In this document: one piece after another, positions 48,523 to 59,310 of the stretch
Numbering within the stretch: the first letter of the stretch is position 1
Layout: every line of letters begins with the position of its first letter
From: the human T2T-CHM13v2.0 reference genome, Homo sapiens
Reading direction: 5' to 3' (one strand)
Assembly (NCBI RefSeq): GCF_009914755.1
Contig: NC_060944.1
DNA: 64,000 nucleotides
Notes under the pieces: generated by a model
Told to the model about the DNA's origin: nothing
Database searches by the model: none
What the model saw: only the letters and a program-made list of their open reading frames with translations
Made by a program: the position numbers and the translations under genes

Positions 48523-49434
48523 TAAATTGACAGAACAGCAAAGTGTTGATGACTGAGAAAAACGGTTCCCATCCACTGTCTCCATGGTAATGCCTGCTTT
48601 TTAAAAAGGGTGCTTTATAAATTAATATACATTTAAGAGGAAAAAGGCATACCCATTAGAGGAAAGATTACAAGGGTTTAGTTGGGTTCTGCTTTCCAAC
48701 CGATCCTTCTTTTTGGCATTAGTGCTCTGAACCCTGGCGTCTCTTTTGAAGAGAGTGAGGGAGCAAATCCAGTTCTTGACCTTGGAACTTAATATTTCCT
48801 TATTTCCAGCTTCCAGTACCATTTAAATTTTATCATATTTTTACCTTGTTAAAAATGCCTGAGATTTCAACAGAGTCTTACTGGGAGCTTTTGATTGTTA
48901 GCATTTATCAGTTCAGAAAATTACCTGTTTGTTTGTTTCTTCTTCCCATTTTTGAGGTGAAAGTTCAGCACATGAATTACATAATAATGTCAGGAAGTAG
49001 GCCATGATGCCTTGCTTTTAGCAGTTGACATTTTTGAAGTTCCTGGGATGAAAACGTTGCTTCAAGTCACTCTGAAATGTGCATTGTATTGAATTTATGC
49101 ATATTGATTTGGCACTTGGTTAGCCTCCTTGAAAATTTGGACCATTTTTCAAAGCTTCCTTTTTTGAGTTACTCATAAGTCAGGAGTTTTTCATCTCTTT
49201 TTGCCAATCAACATTTAGCCTCTCTTGTTATTTTCTCCAGGTTCCATGATTTTTATAACTCAATATTTATGAGTGATTTAAATCTGAGTTTCTCAAAAAA
49301 TGCAATATTGTATATATTGCTCAATTCATTCCCCAAATGTAAACAAGACCTAAAATACGGATGCCATGTTTCAGTATGGATACATTCCCAAAGTTCATAT
49401 CTTTGCAAAAATATTTATCAAAAAGTTTACTGTA

Positions 49435-49436
<2 letters not shown>

Positions 49437-49477
<41 letters not shown>

Positions 49478-49480
49478 ATA
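49437..49480. repeat. (CA)n microsatellite
   Basis: Seen directly. Confidence 0.95.
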
Positions 49481-50924
49481 AAAAAGTAAGAAAGGTACAA
49501 CAATTATCCTTTTGCATGAGAAGAAATTCGTGTTAAATTATCCATGCCTTTCATAGAACGCTTCCAGTTGCAAAGTTCCTCTTTTTTTAGCATTATAAAA
49601 CTCCACAGATTATCCCTTGCTCTCAAACATGCCTGTGTGTATGTTTATAATAACAGAAGGGAAAATGTCCTTTGGACAGGAGACTTGCTTCTCCTGGGGC
49701 TTGAGTTCTGTGAAGCAGTGCCAGCAACCTCACATGCAATGATGATTTGTACTTAAGCCATTAGCTTCAGAAACACCTCCCAGGAGCAGTCTGAGACCAA
49801 AGCCCTGGTTTCCTGTGCGGTGTTTGCTGACATTCTTGTACAGAATGCTTGTTAGAGGCATTGTCATGCATTTCCAAGGGACCTTAAGAAATAATAAATC
49901 CGTACCACCTCGCTACTGTTTTTATGAATAAATGCCCGTTCCTGACCTTATCTTTTGGCACCGCCTGGCAATAACTTCTCCACACCTCTGTACTATGGGT
50001 ATTGTCAAAGAAAAAGTCTGTACGGTTTTATTCTTTAGAGAATTATTCCAACTCCCTCAGGCATTTCCTAGGATGAACAATTCTGCGCAGGGATAAATAC
50101 AGGCTGATAAAAATGGGTCATCCCACAATGCAATTTTTCCCAAGAAAAGCCAGAAAACAAATTGGGGACACTGTGAACCCTGATCCAGACGTAAGTCAGT
50201 AAGAGGATGTTATAAAAGTGAAGCCAACCTATGGTTATAAATAATCGCCTGAAGTAGAAGTGAAAATGCCATTATGGCAAGAGCCATCACCCATAGCCTT
50301 TGGAAGTTCTGTCCTCTCTTTACAGTGTGGATCTGTTAAGTTTGCCTTATTTTTTGCTGCCACCCTAACTACTCCTGTATTGTTAATAATAGTCAAAGCA
50401 CTAAGGTTTGCAAATGTTTCATATCCTAAAAGTAATAAATTAAGTCCTGCCACAATTGTTAGTGCCATTTGTCCTGTCCATCCAATGAATGAATGAATGA
50501 ACGCATTTATGCATGAGTGAGAACTGCCTCCTTTCTGTAGGACTGATTCTTAAAGTAGCTTCCACCTGCCATGGGCACCCTTCTCTGAGCAATCAAAATA
50601 GGATGGGTTCAACTCATTCCAAACTGGTTGTCTAACTCTTCTTTAAAAAAAGTCATTATTTTTCATAAGTTTTCAACTTGTACACATCAACTGATATTGT
50701 TTATACTATGAATTTAAAAGATATAAACACACATGCAAGTTACATCATGTTTGCATTAACTTTCAACCGCTGTCTTTACCACAATTCAAATATTCTTAAC
50801 AGATATAGAAAAGAACCTTATTTTCATCATCTCCTTTTTTTTTTTTTTAGCTGCTCTGTATTCCTGCTTTATGGGGACTTTTTTCTCGCCCTATATTGTC
50901 CTGATTAAGGCCACAGAAGTTAGT

Positions 50925-51322
50925 CAGCCACAGGCTAGGGCAGTCATAGAAACTTATTTATTTGGATGTAACCAAGTAACCAAGGCCAAGCCAATCTGTC
51001 TTTATCTAGAATATTTCAAGCTGGAATTTGAGTTCCAGTGTCTCTAGTGCTTGTGTTATGTGGTATAACTGTGTGTGCTAAGAGTTATTTTGGCTATCTT
51101 CCCAGATGAATGGAGAAAGTATCATACTAGGAGAGAATACAACTAAGTGGTCCAAAGAAGCAGAGCTGAAAGAGAATGGGAGAAAAAATATACTATTTTG
51201 AGGTACTGTAGGCAATTGTGCTTGAAGTAAACTCCTCAGTTCTATAACACACTGAGTTTCATTTTTTGCTGAAATAAGTTTGAGTTTTGTTTCTGTCATT
51301 TGCAATCAAAGAGCACTGACAT
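50925..51322. mobile_element. Ancient MLT1/LTR33-like LTR
   Basis: TTTGAGTTTTGTTTCTGTCATTTGCAATCAAAGAGCACTGACA terminus; CCAAGCCAATC motif. Confidence 0.55.
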
Positions 51323-51362
51323 CCAGAACACATTTCACCTGACTTAGAGGGCCTGGAGAGTA

Positions 51363-51533
51363 TGCCCATCTCTAACTCCCCCAGGCTGCCCATCTCTAAC
51401 TCCCCCAGGCTGCCCATCTCTAACTCACTCAGGCTGCCCATCTCTAACTCCCCCAGGCTGCCCATCTCTAACTCCCCCAGGCTGCCCATCTCTAACTCCC
51501 CCAGGCTGCCCATCTCTAACTCACTCAGGCTGC
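51363..51533. repeat. 24-bp minisatellite (TGCCCATCTCTAACTCCCCCAGGC) x7
   Basis: Seven tandem units; units 3 and 7 carry the variant AACTCACTCAGGC. Confidence 0.97.
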
Positions 51534-52103
51534 TTTGTGCACTTAGGGTTAAAATCTCCTAGGGCTTTCCTCCTCCTCTCTCTCATGGAAATGATTATAT
51601 CATTGTTAGCTTACCAGTTGATGATCATAGTGAGAGTTATATCTCTGGATCTCTTTGGCTAATCTAAATGTCCGTCTTTGTGCTTCCAAGCAATGAGTGA
51701 AAAACCCTCCCTTCATCTGGCCTTTCTTATGTGCAGGTTTCTCCTGGTAGAGGCAGAAAAGGAGAAGAGACATTTTCATCCCTCTACAGTCCATGAGATT
51801 TATCTCAACTCTTATGTACTAAACAGAAGAAAGTTACGTTGGTGACTGTTCTTTCCTGTGATTTCTCTTTCAAAAGTAACTCTTTGTATAATTATCTTAC
51901 ATTAAATATATTAATTTTTTTAGAATTAAGTATGTAACAGCAAAAGGGCTACCATAAGTAGCTCCATTTTTGTGTATGGGGCCTTTGCCCATTTCTGAAT
52001 GTAAGCTGGGATAATTTTAGAGCACTGAGATGCAATCATGTAGTCTTTGGAAACTAACTCTGGGATTAAAGGAAAAGTATGTAGTAAATGACTAGCACTG
52101 CTT

Positions 52104-52746
52104 TGTTGAAACTTTCTAGGAGCATTGGGACCTGACCAGGGACAAAGAAGTTCCCAGCTCCCCCGGACCCTCACTGGTGCCCAGATGTCTGTGATTGTTG
52201 ATCGTGTCCAGAACCCAACCCCATTCCCCTCCCCCTTCCCTTAATGTAAGACGAGCCTGGCTGGCACAGTGGCTTACGCCTATAATCCTAGCACTTTGGG
52301 AGGCCGAGGCGGGTGGCCCACCTGAGGTAATGAGTTTGAGACCAGCCTGGCCAACATGGCAAAACCCTGTCACTACTAAACATACAAAAATTAGCTGAGT
52401 GTGGTGGTATGGGCCTGTAGTCCCAGTTACTCATGAGGCTGAGGCAGAAGGATTGCTTGAGTCCAGGAGGTGGAGGTTACCATGAGTCCAGATAGCACCA
52501 CTGCACTCCAGCCTGGGTGGCAGAGCAAGACCCTGTCTCAAAGCAACAACAACAACAACAAAAACAAACAAACAAAAAACAGCCTGAAATTTGTCCTTGT
52601 CCTGACTTAAGATGGTACTTTAGGATGCTAGTTCACCTTCTTGGTTTGCTGGCTTTCCACATAAACCTGCTTTTCCTCCCCGCAACTCTCATCTCTTGAG
52701 TTCTGGCTCTCCAGTGTCAAACACCTGAATCTGGTTTTGGCTACAA
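52104..52746 (+). mobile_element. ERV1-class solo LTR (MER34/MER39/LTR29-like) interrupted by an Alu
   Basis: TG..CA ends; TTAAGATGGTACTTTAGGATGCTAGTTCACCTTCTTGGTTTGCTGGCTTTCC..ATAAAC typical MER4-group R/U5. Confidence 0.6.
52259..52579 (+). mobile_element. Alu (Jb/Sz-like) with (CAA)n tail
   Basis: Full dimer; TSD approximately AAGACGAGCCT/AAAACAGCCT. Confidence 0.93.
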
Positions 52747-52764
52747 GTGTATTGGCTACTCCTT

Positions 52765-53049
52765 ATTTATTTATTTATTTGTGACAGAGTCTTACTTTGT
52801 TGCCCAGGCTGGAGTACAGTGGTGCTATCTTGGCTCACTGCGATTCCCGGGTTCAATTGATTCTCCTGCTGAGGCAAGAGAATCCTGAGTAGCTGGGATT
52901 ACAGGCATGTGCCACCATGCCTGGCTAATTTTTGTATTTTTAGTAGAGATAGGGTTTCACTGTGTTGGCCAGGCTGGTCTCGCACTCCTAACCTCAAGTG
53001 ATCTGCCGGTCTCGGCCTCCCGAAGTGCTGGGATTACAGGCATGAGCCA
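52765..53049 (-). mobile_element. AluSx/Sz with an internal micro-inversion
   Basis: Dimer; TSD TCCTTAT; altered segment 52859-52884. Confidence 0.92.
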
Positions 53050-53092
53050 TCCTTATAAGCATATTTTTATAGAGCCTTTGTCTCTCTAAAAA

Positions 53093-53093
<1 letters not shown>

Positions 53094-53131
<38 letters not shown>
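53094..53131. repeat. (TG)n microsatellite
   Basis: Seen directly. Confidence 0.95.
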
Positions 53132-53132
<1 letters not shown>

Positions 53133-53284
53133 TGTAGTGTGTACATAATTTATCTTTTTAAAAGAGAATGTTTTCAATAAGAAATTCACAGTGGTTTACT
53201 CACAACCTTATTAGAATAGGTTTCTCAGTTTGAGGCTCATGACATTGTTGAAAAATGATGAAGCTTATGAATATATGATTCAAG

Positions 53285-53480
53285 CATAGTTTCTCAAAGG
53301 CTGGTCCATGAACTGGCTGCATTAACATTCTTTTATGAAACTTCTTAAAAATACTGATTCCCAAGAACTATCTGCTATCATTTATTAGATCTATGTTCAG
53401 TTCTGAGACTCCATACTACTTTAAAAAAAAATCTTTCCAGGTTATCTGAGGTATTTCCTTTCAAGATTTTTAAACACTAA
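53285..53480. mobile_element. MER5A-type hAT-Charlie relic
   Basis: TTTCTCAAAGGCTGGTCCATGAAC..CTTAAAAATACTGATTCCCA..CCAGGTTATCTGA. Confidence 0.55.
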
Positions 53481-53704
53481 TTTTGGGAAGGGAGAAAGTA
53501 AATGGTAAGTAGGTCAGCTAATTGAGCCTGTGAAAAAAATAATAAATTTGAATTAAGCATGAGCAAGAAACAAAGCTGGGTTCATTCATGATAGGTAGAA
53601 AAATTTATCATATTGAAATTGCATCTTTCATCCACAATGACTCCCACATGAAGACATGTACTTGGGGTGGGAAGTGGTGTGGTTTGGTCGCAAAGGCAAC
53701 TTGA

Positions 53705-53930
53705 GGTAATGCAATGATGTAATGAGATGCTGGGTCATGAATTAGCTCCAGACAAGCCATGTGTCTCTGATATAAGCCACTTAACTTCTCTGAACCTCAG
53801 TTTCTCAACTGTAAAGCCCCGAAGCGTCAATAACCACTTCACAGTATTTTTATGAGGGCTAGAATAAATCATGCAAGGAAATGTGCTTTGAAAACTGTAA
53901 ATAAGTTATGTAAGTCCAAGTTCTTACTAC
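53705..53930 (+). mobile_element. MIR
   Basis: CACTTAACTTCTCTGAACCTCAGTTTCTCAACTGTAAA core. Confidence 0.75.
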
Positions 53931-54112
53931 TAAGAAGTAGCTGGTTGAGAGGACTGCTCCATACTTAAGAAGGCTGAAGTGACGTGAAGTGAAGGAGCAG
54001 GTGTCTTACTTTCTGTTTACAACAGTGTTGATACTGGGTAGTTTGTTTCTATTTATTTGAGGTCATGGATTCCTTTGTGATTCCTTTATAATTATAGACA
54101 AATTCTCTTTCT

Positions 54113-54352
54113 TTTTAAAAATGTCTTAATTTTTAATTTTGTGAGTATATGGTGTGTGTATTTATGGGGTACCTATGTTGATACAGGCATGCAATTTGAA
54201 ATAATCCCATCATGGAGAATGGGGTATCCACCCCCTCAAGCATTTATCCTTTGTATTACAAACAATCCAATTATACTTTTTGAGCTATTTTAAAATGTAC
54301 AATTAAGTTATTATTGACTATAGTCACCCTGTTGTGCTATCAAATAGTAGGG
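54113..54352 (-). mobile_element. L1MA2/3-type 3' end with TSD ACAAA(T/C)TCTCTTTCT
   Basis: CATCATGGAGAATGGGGTATCCA.CCCCTCAAGCATTTATCC; TSD at ~54098 and ~54355. Confidence 0.88.
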
Positions 54353-56409
54353 TACAAACTCTCTTTCTGAACATTGCCCATGTGCATAAAAATAAGAAAT
54401 TTTTGAAGACAATTTTTGGTTATTATGTACTAGGTTAAGAGCTCTGTGTTCTCTTTTCATGTGCCCCTTTCTTCATTTTTTTTTTCTCTCCATTACTTGA
54501 ATGTGAGCTTCATAAGCACATGACTTCAATTTGCTTACTGCTGCATTCGCAGCATCAATTACAGTGCCTGGCTTATAGCAGGAACTTCATAGCTACATAC
54601 TGAACCCATGAGTGGGTTCCAGTGTGCACAGGTACAAAGCTAAGGAGATGAACCATACACAGCCCTGATGACCAAGGCTTCTGGTGGAGGGACAGTCCAG
54701 GCAGATAAGCACATAATTGTCAAGGAAACATTGGTAAGACATCTACCAACAGGCAATTATGATGTACTTGAGATATATTACAGAAGGAATGACCAGGAGT
54801 TGACCTTTGAGGAGGGCCTTGAGTGTGGATGTCAAATGTAGAAGGAGTTAGGGAATAAATTCCAGAGTTATACAATAGCTCAAGAAAACTGTAGAAAACA
54901 TTTAATAATGGGTCAGAAGTTGAAAAGTAGCTGCTCCGAGAAGTTGAAAGTCATATGCTTTGTTGAACCTCCCTGATGTTTTTAAAAATGAGAACTATTG
55001 CCTAAAAATATAAATTTCTGCCTCCTCTTGAACGGTAAGCACATATAGCAAGTCTGACTCCAGCACTGGAGTCAAACAATAGCTGCCCCCTTTTGATGAG
55101 GTCTGTGTTCTCCTCTTAGCCCCCAGCCCACATGACTTGCTTATGGGACAGCTTGTGCATGTAATCCCTTGAGTTTGTGTACCCTGGCTCAGAAAGTCTT
55201 CGAGCACTTCAGATGCCCTCATCTTTGCAAAAGGGGTATTTATAGAATAAATCCTATGGTAGAAAATCACAGATAGAGTCACTGTATGTTGGGAGCTTGC
55301 TATTGAAGATTAACAGTGCTGAAGTAGGTGAACATAGAACAAATATATTAAAAAATGTAATAGATACCTATTTATATGCAACAGTATGAATGATTATAAA
55401 TTAAATGGTATTGATAGAGGCAGACATGATCATTGTAGGTGAATACCTGGTAAAGGAGTGGCCACAAATTTTGGAGAGGAGATTGCATAAAAGAGGGTGG
55501 TTTTTATTAGTTTGCTTGTTTTGAGAATTTATTTGTTTAATTCAATGGTTGTATGCATCTCTCATGGACTGATGAATTCTAATATGTCAATCATCATGTT
55601 AATTGACCTACCTACCACTGCCAAAAAAAAAAAAAAAAAAATGCTAGTGGTACTCATAGCCTAACCCCAAACAAGAGAGACAACACATAGGAGAAAGATT
55701 AAAAACCTCAGTAGGCAGGCTAGAGGAGGAGAAAGTAATTTGCTTTGACCTAGGCAATAAATCTACCTGGCAGTAATGACCATCTCTTGACACCAGTAGT
55801 GACATTGATCAAGTACACTGTCCCAGACTTTCCCCCCCGTTCCTCTGAACACAAAGCCTCTCCTGATTGTTCATGTCACTATTTATGAATGAATGTCAGA
55901 GAGCAGAGATAAAAGGATGATAAAGGTACAATGGCCTCGTTAAGTTAATGTAAGCCCTGATTGAAATCATCACAGATACCATTCTGTGGACCAAAGGAGA
56001 GTACTGTCTTCTCTTTATATTATATTATTATTATTATTTTAACCTGTAGAAATGTTGCCAGAACTTGATATTGAGACAACTTCAAAGTTGTCATTGGAAC
56101 AGAAAAAACAAGAGCAGATCAAGGGGAATTTGAAGCTCCAGCCCATTGGTGATTCAGCCATCGGGTGTGGGCCTAGGGATGTTGTTTGCCTTCCTTATCT
56201 GGAAATTTTAGGGCAAAGTTTCCAATACATAGTGAAACATTTTTTGTTATTGTTGTTTTCTTTTTTTAGTTTCCCATCTCGATTTATTGCAAAAAGTCTT
56301 GTCTATATAAGTTGTTGTATGCAGTGATCTCTCTGATTAGTGATCTAATTACTTTGTACTTTGTTACTTGAATTTAGCATGATATTCATAAAGTAATAGT
56401 TCACCTGCA

Positions 56410-57365
56410 TTTTAAAATTGTTATTAATATATACAAAAGGATGTTTACATTACATGTAAGTCATGAAAAAACACATAAATGCCCCTATGCTCATCCTGTA
56501 GTTAAAGAAAGAAAACGTCACTAATCCTACCTCCCAGGACCCTTACAGATCCCACTTATCTTCCTCCCCACGCATAGGCCATGACTATTGTAAAGTTTGT
56601 GATTCATTGTCCTTTTGTTTTCTTTATACTACATGTCTACACAGTTCTAAGTAACATACTGCTTAGTTTTATATGCTTTGAGAATTTCTATAAGTGGAAT
56701 TATACATCATGTACTCTTCTTCAACTACTTTTTTTTACCATTCAACATTATGTTTTAAAGATTTATCTATGTCAGTGTGAGAAACTCTGGGCCAGGGATT
56801 AGCAAACTAAAGCCCATGAGCCAAATCTAGCAAGAAACCTGTATTTATTTTATTTGATTATTCGTATGGACAGATAGTTAAGGATATTTTTTTCTCTTCA
56901 CATTTAAATGGTTATATTTTTTAAAGTTATATAAATATAATAGTTATACAAGTACCTACATAATATTCTCAGCCCCAAATATTCACTCCCTAGTCCTTTC
57001 AGAAAAAGCTTGCTGGCCCATGCTCCAGGTTATTAATTTTATTGTGAGATTTTTATTTTTTGAATATGCTATAATTGTGAAATATCCAGGCTACAGTTGG
57101 AGCTCCATTTGGATTATTTCTAGTTGTTTGTTTTTTATTACAAACAGTATACTATAAATAATCTTGGCTGAGTCCATTTGTAAACAAATTTCGTCACAAT
57201 ACATTTCAGATTGTAAATTATGTACATCTTCAATTTTTGCCAGACAATGTCATATCTTTTCCCAAAAGAGTTGTGTCAATTTATGGCCCCACCATTAGTG
57301 CCAGAGTTAAGAATAAAAGGAGCCATTTGTTTGTTTTCTCTACTTCTCTCCCCAAACTTTGCCTT
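56410..57365 (-). mobile_element. L1ME-type 3' region with nested MER58-type element (~56793-57025)
   Basis: TTCAACATTATGTTTTAAAGATTTATC; MER58-like CAGGGATTAGCAAACTAAAGCCCATGAGCCAAATCTAGC..CAGAAAAAGCTTGCTGGCCC. Confidence 0.65.
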
Positions 57366-59124
57366 AGATAGCTCCTTGTTTGGTTGCAGTTTATAGAAAC
57401 CAAGAGGAATAAAATTACCGACGACTGTGTCCTAAGCACATACATGTATCTTAAAAATAAATTTCCCAATAAGCTATCAAAGTTCTTAATAGGTGCTGTT
57501 TATTAAGCTATAATAATCTTCCATTAATTTATCTTAAGGTAATTTTTTTCAAAATTGTAAAAATCATTGAACTGCATATGTATGCTCCATATTTACATAT
57601 ATTTATGACATTCAAATGTTCATAACACTTTTGTTAGTGCATTTTTTTGAATTTCAACGATGTTTTCTAATTATTTAACAATATATCTAACATTCCAAGT
57701 TACATAATGAAGTTTCAATAGAGATAGAAGTAATAATAGCAGTCTGTGCTAGATGAAATATGATTTTTGATTTTTGCGTGTCTCATAGCATTCAAGGAGA
57801 CAAGGAAGTCTGACAACCAGGTTACAAGCTCGAAAGGCCATTTTGTTCTCTGAGTTGATTTCCAAGACCATATTCTCACTCTCAGAGAAATTGTACTTCA
57901 TCATGAAAATATGAGCCAATCCATCTTGGGGAATGGTGCTTATGTAGATGACTCTATTTAGAAATACTATTATAAAGCTAACACGGGAAGTACAATTTTC
58001 CTCCCCAACCAGCATGTCTTTGGAATTATTTTCCTTGCAGATCAATGGAACAGAGAATAGAATTGGCTTTTCTTTGTTGGCATTCATACTTCACGTACCC
58101 CCCAAGTGCTTTGTGTAATGAAAAACAGCAATGTTGGTGCCTTTAATAAAACATTGAGAATAATGCTTTCTTTTTCCCTGGCATTACTGCAGAAATGGAA
58201 CTGATTTGGAGTCAAATAGAATGAGAAAAGATGCATTCCTTTAGTTTAATATATCTGAAAAGGATACATAATTATAGATTTATCAAAGTTTTGAATCAGT
58301 AAACTCCTGTTTTCCAGAGTGGTCAGAGTGTAAAACATCCGTGTTTATTTTCAGTTATGAGTCTGTCTTCACCTCATAATCTATAATTGAGGACAGGAAC
58401 TATATTGCCTTCACTTGTTTATTACTGGTATGTAGCTGCCTAATAATTAACAGAATATACAAATGGATAATTACCATAGATTACATAAGTGCTCCCCTAT
58501 ATTCCGTGAGATAAGGATATCAAAAATGAGTACATTTTTGTTGATTTCCTTAAATGTGCTAGATGGCAATGATAAATGTTTATAGGGGTCATGTCCAGTA
58601 TTTATACCCAATAGCAAATATGATGTTATTAGTCATTAATAATAAGGGTGTTAGCATTTGAAAATATTTTAGTGTCAAAATATTTTAGTGTCTTCTAGCC
58701 ATTGCTCTGAAAGTTATTGCTATTACTATTTTTTTAATGTTGGCACTGGCTTTGTAATTTTATAATTTAATTCAAGGAGAAGATAACTGCATATCTACTG
58801 TGTCCTATCATTCTACAACCATGACTTTGAGAATAGAAAATAAGGTACAGCCTCTAAATGTAAGAGTCTTACAGCAGCATGGGAAAGAAGGGTAAATCTT
58901 AACTACTTCAAACAACCGAAGGAAGATGCTAAATGCAATTTATTTGTGCACTAGAAGTGATATAGGCAACAGTGGTAAGAGGTGAGTCAGGAAAGGACAG
59001 AGCTGTAGGCATCTGTGTTTTCTGGGGTGGGCACAATGGAAGATCTGGCAAGGAGATGAACATGAAGGGACTGGAGAGACTGCAAAGTGTGGGAGGTTTA
59101 GTAGCATCCATCCTGACCTGTCCA

Positions 59125-59310
59125 GTCTCATACCTGGAGTCATTCATGAAAGCAGTCATTGGCTCTCTCCCACTCAGATAAATTCATTGGAGGAATTTTT
59201 ATTTTCATATTTCTGTACTTGTCTTATACCTGGAGTCATTCATGAAAGCAGTCATTGGCTCTCTCCCACTCAGATAAATTCATTGGAGGAATTTTTATTT
59301 TCATATTTCT
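59125..59310. repeat. 90-bp tandem duplication (59125-59214 / 59221-59310) with 6-nt filler GTACTT
   Basis: Copies differ at one position. Confidence 0.97.

Noticed and set aside
48091-48585. Overlapping His/Thr- and Cys/Val-rich ORFs
   Set aside because: Translations of the CA-type microsatellite.
51363-51533. CRISPR-like array or repeat-protein ORFs (MGSLGELE / PISNSPRL repeats)
   Set aside because: Head-to-tail units without unique spacers in primate DNA. The ORFs are a by-product of a stop-free 24-bp unit.
56052-56327. 91-aa ORF after an acceptor-like TTTTAACCTGTAG
   Set aside because: No recognisable domain, and it runs into low-complexity T-rich sequence; length is within chance expectation.
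57786-57915. Possible exon after TTTTTGCGTGTCTCATAG, and the 112-aa - strand ORF 57749..58087
   Set aside because: No recognisable protein similarity and no convincing splice donor.
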